Assembly: GCA_964016885.1 (NCBI GenBank)
Contig: OZ024750.1
Coordinates: 9,176,001-9,240,000 of the forward strand
From: Eledone cirrhosa
Lineage: Eukaryota
Length of the DNA: 64,000 nucleotides
Reading direction: 5' to 3'
The notes beneath the pieces were generated by a model that worked only from the letters and a program-made list of their open reading frames with translations, was not told the origin of the DNA and searched no databases. Position numbers and translations under genes: made by a program. Below, in pieces: positions 54,621 to 64,000 of this stretch. The stretch's first letter is position 1. Each line of letters starts with the position of its first letter.

Positions 54621-55212
54621 AAAACAGATTGGCACATTTTAATCAGATTACTTCTTCTTTTGAAATTACTGGCCTTGTACCTAAATTAAAAATTATTGTT
54701 GTTTTTGTTGTCCCTTAGGGTTATTGATATTATCTGGTGAACCCTAGAATTAAAAGATCTTTCAGTATTATTTGGAGTTATATAACAGTATTTCCTATAC
54801 ATTTCAATAATTTGTCTATATCTAATGACAAGTTTTCTGGACATATTTTAGTTTCTAGTTCATCTTATCTTACTGTAAGTATAAAACCTGATATTTTGAC
54901 CCAGTAATTTCAGAGAAGATAAACGTAGTATTTTACAGCCGATTATATAATAGTGTCAGTAACAAATAGATCTTCTCAATATTTAATGTTATTTACATTA
55001 AAGAATAGTGGAAATCTAAATATACTATAATAAAGTAAGGAGTGCGGGACTGCGTCCGGAATATATTTTTTTTTATCCCGTTTGTAAAATAACTTGGATT
55101 ACTTTGAATAAATAATTGTTTCTACTTTTTGGCACAAGGCCAGCAATTATTTCAATGTATTACTGGTACTTTATTTTATCGACCCCGTAAGGATGAAAGT
55201 CAAAGTTAACCA

Positions 55213-55470
55213 TGTGTGAAGGCGCATGACTTAATGGTTAGAGCATTGGGCTTGCAATCGAAAGGTTCTGAGTTCAATTCTCGGACCGGGTGATGTGTTG
55301 TTTCCTTGACCAAGACACTTTGTTTTACGTTGCTCCAGTTTATTCAGCCGTAGAAATGAGATGATAGGGACTGGGGTCCCTATCATTAAAATATCCAAGA
55401 CACGTCCAGCGAGATATACCTTGGAGGAGGCCAGCTAAGCCTGCATAGGTGTGAGCTGTCACACACACAC
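55213..55470 (+). mobile_element. tRNA-derived CORE-type SINE, family 2, full length
   Basis: tRNA-like head, CORE-like box and (CA)n tail. Confidence 0.85.
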
Positions 55471-55579
55471 ACACTCATGTATGTGATGGAAATAGCAGAT
55501 AGATAAGAAAATTATATACAAATACAAATTATGATTGTAAACTTAAATAATTTTCTGTCAGTAATTCCAGTGTTGGTAT

Positions 55580-55794
55580 TTTTCCGTTTAGCATTTACAT
55601 TACTCTATATATACTATTGTATTTTCGCGGTAAAGGCTTTATCTCACATAATATCGAATGTATGAGACTTTGATATTATTTATTTTGAGAACAATAACTT
55701 AACATCAGTATGAGTGGCTATTTACAGCCGGTTTGAACATAAGTAGTGAGAGAATTCAGGCCGGATACAGCGGGTTTAAATGTTAAAGGGTTAA
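55580..55794. mobile_element. piggyBac-like MITE
   Basis: Right end TAAATGTTAAAGGG-TTAA. Degenerate left end CCGTTTAGCATTTA. Confidence 0.45.
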
Positions 55795-55863
55795 AACATT
55801 AATAATATTTCGTTAATCATGTTGTACTAAATATTTTCATTCTGATTCCCATTCTCTGTTCAG

Positions 55864-56028
55864 AGTTCTTCGCATCATTACGACGTATTAGACAGAATCT
55901 TAGCTGTTTATTGCTTTTGATTGTTGGTGGTATAGACATGATGGTCAATGCAGGGTTATTTTCTTTTATGGCTAAATATATGGAGACACAATATTTGATG
56001 CCTGCATGGAAATCTAACACAATATTAG
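55864..56028 (+). CDS. SLCO: SLCO coding exon 5
   Basis: GLFSFMAKYMETQY (F..KY.E.Q motif). AG/GTAAGT boundaries. Confidence 0.95.
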
Positions 56029-56697
56029 GTAAGTTGATCCGATCTATAAGTATAAATGTTTTATAAATTGACATGTATCTATGGGGTATACGTGAAGTGT
56101 GGTCTTGGCGTACTTCTGTATGTAACAGAGACATATGCTACATATAATGGTTTCGGATTTAGGTGACACAAAGACAACAATTTTGGGAGGGAAGGGAAAG
56201 TTGATTAAGCTGTCCCTAGTGCATTACTGGTACGTTATTTTATCGACACTGCGAAAATGAAAGGGAAAGCTAACCTCGGCGGGATTTGAACTCAGAACGT
56301 AAAGAGAAGTAACACTATGTCGCAAAGAGTAACGCATCACGTATTGAGCTTTAGTTGACTGAATACCGGTATGAAGCTCATCAATTATGTGTGTATGTAT
56401 ATGTATGTATATGAGAGGGACACTCTGGAAAGAAACCTGCGGCTTCGGAAGTATCCGATGATGTTGACCAGTTCTCCTTTTCGGGTAGTGTTTTTGGTAC
56501 TCAGAGAGTGGGATTGGTCGAGTGCAAGGAATTTCCCCCACTTAAAAAACCTTCAAAGCACAGGCATTGCTTGTTCAGGATATGTTACAGGTTTGTTCAG
56601 CTGGCCGTAGCCTGAAAGTGCACCAAACTCTATAATCTGACAAACGATTGCAATACTCTTAGCAGAGTTTGCAGCCATCATGAGTGTGTGTCTATGT

Positions 56698-56752
<55 letters not shown>

Positions 56753-56885
56753 CTAAGAGAGTATACACACTTCTGAACATATATTATGTGTATATATGCA
56801 GGGTAGATGAAAGTATCCTTTTTTTCTATGAAGGCAACGTTGCAGTTAATACAAATACATACCTCTTCTCTTTGTCTTTGTACAG

Positions 56886-57081
56886 GAACCACAACACTAG
56901 TTGCCTTATCAATTGGTACACTGTCGGGTGGCATGATTACATCAAAAGCAAAGCTACAAGCTCGGGGTTGTTTGATATATATCCTCCTCAGTTTTATATT
57001 AGTAATCGTTTTCTATTCCTCACTTTTGATGGTTGGCTGTAAATCCCCGGCAATTGTAGGACCTGAAATACTTCCGTCCAG
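56886..57081 (+). CDS. SLCO: SLCO coding exon 6
   Basis: GTLSGGMITSK, TM9 and GCKSPAIVG. Phases are consistent. Confidence 0.93.
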
Positions 57082-57297
57082 GTAACTAAACCTAATTTCA
57101 TTCAGGTAACTAAACCTAATTTTATTCAGGTAACTAAACCTAATTTCATTACTGTTTGTTCATTAATATTAGGTTAGTATAACTTTCTTCATCGTTTAGT
57201 TTTTGTTTTACTGTTTTTCTGAAGAAAAGTAACAACCTATTTATAAGCTTTTTAATCATTATTGGTCGATAAAATAAAGTAGAAACAATTATTTTCA

Positions 57298-57740
57298 ATG
57301 TGATTGGCAGTATCGGTAGAAGGTCGGACGCCATGCTTTGACGCATAGAGTTACGGCCCTTGCCATTCTGAGTTCAAATCCCGCCGAGGTTAACTTTACC
57401 TATAATGCACGGGGTCGATAAAATAAAGTACGTACTGGGGTCGATTTAATCGACTTTGCCCTCCTCTCAAATTACTGGCCTTGTGCCTATACTTGAAATC
57501 GTTATTATCAATGTCCATAGGGCGGTGGATAGGCAGAATCGGTAGAGTGTCGGACACCATGTTTGCGGCATAGAGTTACGGCCCTTTACGGGTTGAGTTC
57601 AAATCTCGCTGAGATTAGCTTTGCGTTTCATCCTTACGGGGTCGATAAAATAAAGTACCAGTAATGTACTGGGGTCGATTTAATCGACTTTCCTCTTCTC
57701 CTACAACTGCTGGCCTTCTGCCTAACTCAGAAATCATTAA
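57298..57740 (+). mobile_element. Two tandem SINE family 1 copies
   Basis: Two sets of A/B box plus central domain. Confidence 0.85.
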
Positions 57741-58136
57741 TGTCCGACAGCTAGATCCGAACTCAGAGTTCGGATCTAGCTGTCGAAACGGCCGGAGCTC
57801 AGCCGTCGGGGTCCTGACTCTTATCCTATATATATATATATATGTATTAGAGGGGCAAATTAATTGCGTCCGAAGGCGGTATGCCAAGATGAGCACTCGA
57901 TGCTCGTGGGGAGAAGAGTATCAATAATAATATATATAAGGGAACAAAGAATCAGTGTTGTATCATATACATATTTAATTACATATTACATACTTCATGC
58001 CCTAATAATTTCAGGCCCCACTTTTGGTCATGGCAAGATACTGTTCAAGAGTTATGTTTTAGTTACAATCCCTCTTTCTCATTTAATTATACATATCTCA
58101 TTAATTATTACCTTTCTCTCATTAACACATTTTCAG

Positions 58137-58281
58137 GATTACGTATATAAACGAAACTCTTGTTCCGAATTGTAAGCAGTCGTGTTCTTGCGATGATTCC
58201 AAGTTTCTACCAGTTTGCAGTGAAGGAGGAACCAGCTATTATTCACCTTGTTATGCAGGTTGTACATCAAAGAATGGAACG
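58137..58281 (+). CDS. SLCO: SLCO coding exon 7 (Kazal-like domain)
   Basis: CKQSCSCDDSKFLPVCSEGGTSYYSPCYAGC. Confidence 0.97.
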
Positions 58282-59405
58282 GTATGTGAATACGTAGATG
58301 TGCACGAACACAAGCATGTACACATAAACAGACACATACATACAGACAGACACATAGATACATAAATATGATGGCTGCCCCCTCGTTATCGAGTATGGCC
58401 ATTGCACGATATACCATTATTAATAATTATTAATTAATTCTATCGTGCAATGCCTATGCGTGAAGATATTTTTTAAAGTGAGGAAAGACTGTGCACTGAG
58501 CCAATCCCAGTCGCTGAGCGACAGTAGCTATAACTCGAAAAGAAGAAAAGATCAACATCATTGGTAACTACTGAGCCGCAGGTTTTCTATCGGAGTTATC
58601 CCAGTTTCCTGAGTTGCCTTCTCCTAGAAGAATGCCCTGGTGAGGAGGGTGATTTTGGACACCCTGCAGGACGAAAATCAAAACCTGACAAAGGGCGGAA
58701 GAACTCTAAGAGTCAATGGCCATCCAAAAGTGTGTAAATATGTATCATATATACACATGTACAGCGCGGTTAAACATACATAAATACATAAATACATACA
58801 CATACATAAATACATAAGTACATACATGCATACATAAATACATAAATACATACATACAGACACATACATACATGCATACATATATACATAAATACATAAA
58901 TACATAACAACAATCAGGAGCAGACAGACAGACAGACATACAGACATGCATACATACAGACATACATACATACATACACATACATATATACAGACAGACA
59001 GACAGACAAATACATCCCTAACCCTAACACGACTAGTTAGGAAATTCCAAGTACAATCCATTAATGGCACAGTAAAAATATGTAAAACATTCCAGAAATT
59101 CTGCATCTAATAACTGCATATATACACTTGTACAGATACAAAGCATATGCACATGCACACATATAACTCTAAACATACACATCCACATATACAATAACAT
59201 CCATACCTGCACACACATGCAGACATGCAAACGTATCTACCTAGTTGATGTTGTGTACATTCCAATGAGAGAGTCTTGTAACTATGTTAGAAACCGACTC
59301 CCTCTCTCTATTGGCAAACATTTGTGAAATTATAAAACCATAAGAACATACATACACACAGACACATGCATACATACATACGTGCACACAAATATATACA
59401 TATAT

Positions 59406-60005
59406 ATGGTGGCTGCCAACTCGTTTTCGACTACGGCCACTACTTTATATCCATGTAGGAGAACCCCTACCGATGCGCTGAACGAGTGTGACTTTTTAGT
59501 CCAGCCAGCGACTTGAAAACTCTGGTACAAACACTACACCTGTGACAATTGTTGACACATAGTGCTGGGCCCATGGTACCATGTGACAAGTGCAGAGAGA
59601 TCTCCAGATATAAAGCAATGCCTGTGCCGTGAAGCTTTTATAGTGAGCAAAGGCACTGCACAAAGCCAGTCCCACTCTCTTAACCAAGATGATATTTACC
59701 AAAAAGAAGAACAAGTCATTGGATACCATCAGGATTGCAGGTGTTATATCAGAGTTTTCCTTCTCCTAGAATTCTGCCTTGACAAAGGCTAAGGGGTCAT
59801 CTCTCCCGGTGATTTGGATGGCCATTGACTCTTAAGAGCTCCTTTGCCCTTTGACAGGTTTTGTTTTAGTCCTGTAGGATGTCCAAAGTCACCCTCCTCA
59901 CCAAGAAACCTTGGTGGGGTTGCCAGTTTAGTCGCCAACGACCCGACCATGGGACAGGTTGTACTGGGATACATGTTACCAGTAGCACCAATTGGTGACC
60001 TGACA
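59406..60005 (-). mobile_element. Full copy of the ~610-bp repeat
   Basis: Reverse complement of 7100-7711. Confidence 0.88.
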
Positions 60006-60189
60006 TAGCATACATACATACATTCCCCCTCCATACACACGCACGCATGTGTGTGTGTATCTCTGTGGTATCATGACTCACACACTGCTGATTTTCCTGG
60101 CATTTGTACATTATTCTATGTACTATACATGCACATTTGATCTGTTGTAGTGCACATGAGCACTGTACACAATAATTCTCATTATTATT

Positions 60190-60378
60190 GCGGTGGATTG
60201 GCAGTATCGGTAGAGGGTCGGACGCCATGCTTTGACGCATAGAGATACGGCCCTTGCCATTCTGAGTTCAAATCCCGCCGAGGTTAACTTTGCCTTTCAT
60301 CCTTACGGGGTCGATAAAATAAAGTACCAGTAATACACTGGGTAATTGCTGACCTTGTGCCAAAAGTAGAAACAATTA
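60190..60378 (+). mobile_element. SINE family 1, full length (further copies at 61003-61222 and 61245-61435)
   Basis: A/B boxes, central domain and tail. Confidence 0.9.
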
Positions 60379-61861
60379 TTATTATTATACATATATAACT
60401 TAATTTGGAGCAAACAAATTAACTTAAACCAAAAGTATTTCCCACTTTTTCCCGAACGCTACAGAGCTGCTTCTGTCCCCTGAAAACCTGATGAGCTCTA
60501 AATATTTTTAACACCAGACCAGTCGTTATCCAGCCGTGACCATCCTCACTTTTCTATTAAAGCGTACTGTATTTATCACTATATTGTCCAATGTGTTCTT
60601 GTTTATTTTTAAGAGTGTCGGCTTTGAATGTAATTTTTTAGGAATTTGGCTGCTATTACTTGCAGATCGAACGACTATGTAGTCGCACCCCTCGTAGGCA
60701 CTTTCTTAAAGTACAGGCTTCAGGTTAATTTTGACAAAGGAAAGAGCTTTGTTTGCTAGTTTCAGCTGATTCCTGCTCTGTTTATACTTTAGTTTGCCTT
60801 ATACAATGTAAGCATAAGTTTCAACCTGACACATGATCCAAAACATTCTTTTAACTTCAACCAGCATATCCTTTTTCAGATATTCTGTACTTTAGTCTAT
60901 ATAATCAAAGTTGACCTGATTTATGATGTGAGAGTTCAATGTTTACTGAATTGGAACAGCCTGTGTCAATCTCAATAAAGATTCATTATTAAGGTATTTA
61001 CCGGGTGTGGATTGGCAGTATCGGTAGAGAGTCGGACGCTATGCTTTGCAGCAGACAGTTACGTCCCTTTATGATCTGAGTTCAAATCCAGCCAAGGTTA
61101 ACTTTGCCTTTCATCCTTTCGGGGTCGATAAACTAAAGTACCAGTCACGCACTAGGGTCGATTTAATCGACTTTCCCCTCCCTCCAAATTGCTGGCCCTG
61201 TGCCTATATAAGAAACCATTATTAAGAAATTTAACAATGAATACGGGTGTGATAGTTGGCAGTATCGGTAGAAGGTCGGGCGCTATGCTTTGCAGCATAG
61301 AGTTACGTCCCATTTACGGTCTGAGTTCAAATCCCGCCGAGGTTAACTTTGCCTTTCATCCTTACGGGGCCGATTAAATAAAGTACCAGTAATGCACTGG
61401 GGTAATTGCTGGCCTTGGCCAAAAGTAGAAATAATTATTAAGATATTTAGGGCGTCGTCAACAATACGTTGCTGTGATCTTTACATTCTGAGTTCGAATC
61501 CCACCGCAATCAACTTGGCCTGTCAACCATTGAAGTCAATATATAAACTGCTGACATGCCGTCTAAATTAGAAACACTGCCCCGCACTATGCATGGAACC
61601 TGTCACCCTCTTCCCTTCAATCTCTTTTTCTTCCGTGGCCTAACAGTCCTTGTTCTTTTCCCCCTTTTCTTCTCATTTATGGCATTTATAATCCTTTCCT
61701 TTACTTTCCCATACAGCCAAATCTGACCTTTACTCCTTCCACCCCACTTTATTTTTCATTACTTGATATCGTTTTTACCTTTTTTTTCATATTTCCATCA
61801 TTGTATAACTTCTGTTTGTAAAATATATATACATATATACATATATTATATATATATATAT

Positions 61862-62400
61862 AGAGAGATTTTGAGTTTATGTTGGTTGTATACCAACACC
61901 TCAGTATGCAGGCTGGAGCACTCGACGAGGTGCGCAGGTTGGTTTGGTTACTCCGGAGTAGTGTAAAATAAAGTTAAATAAAAGTCAAATGATTAAAATT
62001 TAGCTTCGTTTATTACTGCTATATATATTTCAGTGACAGCCATCTTTGGCTGTGACCTCTTCAGGCAGTTTGAATTAGTATGGTATAGACAAGTACAAAT
62101 GTTGTTGAGGTGTATAATATTGTCAATACTCTGATATGCCCAGTTCCTTGTTGGGTTGTTATTTCACTGAGGAACTGGAATCATATATAATCGTATATAA
62201 TAACAACCCAACAAGGAACTGGGCATATCAGAGTATTGACAATATTATACACCTCAACAACATATGTACTTGTCTATACCATACTAATTCAAACTGCCTG
62301 AAGAGGTCACAGCCAAAGATGGCTGTCACTGAAATATATATAGCAGTAATAAACGAAGCTAAATTTTAATCATTTGACTTTTATTTAACTTTATTTTTTA
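61862..62400. mobile_element. Head-to-head PLE-like family G element, ~198-bp arms, one HHR per arm
   Basis: 61965-62163 is a near-perfect reverse complement of 62199-62397. Flanked by (TA)n. Confidence 0.88.
62293..62347 (+). ncRNA. Minimal type I hammerhead ribozyme (mirror copy 62015-62069 on -)
   Basis: ACTGC-CTGAAGA-G-GTCACAGCCA-aaga-TGGCTGTCAC-T-GAAA-TATATA-TA-GCAGT. Confidence 0.85.
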
Positions 62401-62710
62401 TATATATATATATATATATCCGTCGAAACGGTTTGAGCTCTGCCGTCGGGGTCTTGAACATTTTCCTATATATATATATAACGAAGGAAATGTGGTAAAG
62501 AACCAAACCAGGTGGACCATAACGCACCAAAGAACTCAATACTTAGAGTAGTAGAGTGGATAATAGGAACGAGTAGGACCCCGATGGCTGAGCTCAAGCC
62601 GTTTCGACGGCTAATTCTGGAGTCCAGAATTAGCCGTCGAAACGGCTTGAGCTCAGCCGTCGGGGTCCTACTCGTTCCTATATATATATATATATTGTTT
62701 ATATTTCCAG

Positions 62711-62871
62711 ATGTATACTGACTGTAGCTGTCTAAATGTTGGCTCCACAGTTAGGTCTGGTTACTGTGATAATAACTGTGGTCAGAAGGTTATCTATTTT
62801 TCAACTTTTCTTACCCTGTCGGCATTGTTTGGCACCATGAAAATTGTACCATGTTCCATAGCATTTATAAG
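62711..62871 (+). CDS. SLCO: SLCO coding exon 8
   Basis: YTDCSCL..GYCDNNC plus TM10. AG/GT boundaries. Confidence 0.95.
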
Positions 62872-62974
62872 GTGATTTTTATTTTTCAAATTCGATCTTT
62901 AAAATAGTATTTTGAAATATTATTTAACAATCAATATTATTAAATAATATTTCAAAATATTAAAGTCAAAGTTA

Positions 62975-63515
62975 ACCTCAAATCCCGCCGAGGTTAACTT
63001 TGCCTTTCATCCTTGCGGGGTCGATAAAACAAAGTACCAGTAATACACTGGGATAATTGCTGCCTTGTGCCAAAAGTAGAAACCATTATTTAATAATCAA
63101 TATGCTGAGTTCAAATCCCGCCGAGGTTAACTTTGTCTTTCATCCTTACGGGGTCGATAAAATAAAGTACCAGTAATACACTGGAGTAATTGCTGGCCTT
63201 GTGCCAAAAGTAGAAACCATTATTTAATAATCAATATGCTGAGTTCAAATCCCGCCGAGGTTAACTTTGTCTTTCATCCTTACGGGGTCGATAAAATAAA
63301 GTACCAGTAATACACTGAGATAATTGCTGCCTTGTGCCAAAAGTAGAAACCATTATTTAATAATCAATATGCTGAGTTCAAATCCCACCGAGGTTAACTT
63401 TGCCTTTCATCCTTGCGGGGGTCGATAAAATGAATTACCAGTAATGTACTGGGGTCGATTTAATTGACTTTCCTCGCTCCCAAAATGTTTGGCCTTGTGT
63501 CTAAATCAGAAACCA
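62975..63515 (+). repeat. Tandem array of 4 SINE-1 3' halves (~132-bp period)
   Basis: Repeated AATCAATATGCTGAGTTCAAATCCC...AGAAACCATTATTT. Confidence 0.9.
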
Positions 63516-63551
63516 ATATTTATTACTTTTATATTTTCTTTTATTGAACAG

Positions 63552-63616
63552 AATGGTTGACACCAGAGATAAAAGCCTGGTTATAGGACTTTCGTCATTT
63601 TTGAGTTCTTTATTGG
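63552..63616 (+). CDS. SLCO: SLCO coding exon 9 (gene continues beyond the window)
   Basis: RMVDTRDKSLVIGLSSFLSSLLG (R.V...KS.A.G TM11 motif). Donor GTAAGT. Confidence 0.92.
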
Positions 63617-64000
63617 GTAAGTTAATATGAATTTCTTTACCATTTCCTAAAGATCCATCGTAAATGTTATTTCTGATTAAATATATGTATAAATACTTTC
63701 GGGTTTCAAAAATAATAGAGGAGAGGGTGGGGTAAGCGTGGGGGGGGGGGGGGGCATTTGCTTAAATTCTTATAAGCGGTGACGTGAGGGGTCCGTAGTC
63801 CGTAACTGTACGTTTGTAAATATGGGATTTCTTATAATGTTCTTTTTTTTTTTTTCATATATAATGTTTTTTAATGTAAAATAAAATTCTTATTAGATTC
63901 TCCAGCTGCTGTATCGATATGAATCACTTACAATAAAATTTCGCCGGAGATAGATTAACAAAATTTAATGGGTGGAGGGGGATAAAAGCGGTGGAGGGTT

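Noticed and set aside
55213-55290. tRNA gene
   Set aside because: The tRNA-like head continues into a CORE-like domain and tail and is repeated, so it is a SINE. The same applies to the family 1 heads.
59014-59028. CCCTAACCCTAA telomeric-like motif
   Set aside because: Only two units, which is expected by chance.
60496-60520. CTGATGAG box (also at 49002)
   Set aside because: No paired helix II followed by GAAA, so not a hammerhead.

Overview
Eukaryotic (animal) genomic DNA that is very AT-rich and dense in microsatellites. The SINE and repeat repertoire looks like an octopod cephalopod (inference). One protein-coding gene is supported: an SLCO/OATP organic-anion-transporter gene on the + strand with 9 coding exons (47295-63616, about 620 aa), continuing past the window end. 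The rest is (TA)n-derived satellite, minisatellites, a 200-N assembly gap, two tRNA-derived SINE families, hAT/piggyBac-type MITEs and LINE fragments. There is also a Penelope-like (PLE) RT-thumb/GIY-YIG fragment arranged as a ~4.1 kb head-to-head inverted repeat. The main discovery is a swarm of short, non-coding PLE-like elements from several unrelated sequence families that carry recognisable minimal type I hammerhead ribozyme (HHR) motifs. One family has a covarying U3-A8 core in place of C3-G8. Most of these elements sit next to (TA)n as head-to-head foldback palindromes, and several lie in sense orientation inside SLCO introns. All folds were derived by eye and none is experimentally tested. 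The long YI/CV-rich ORFs are microsatellite artefacts.
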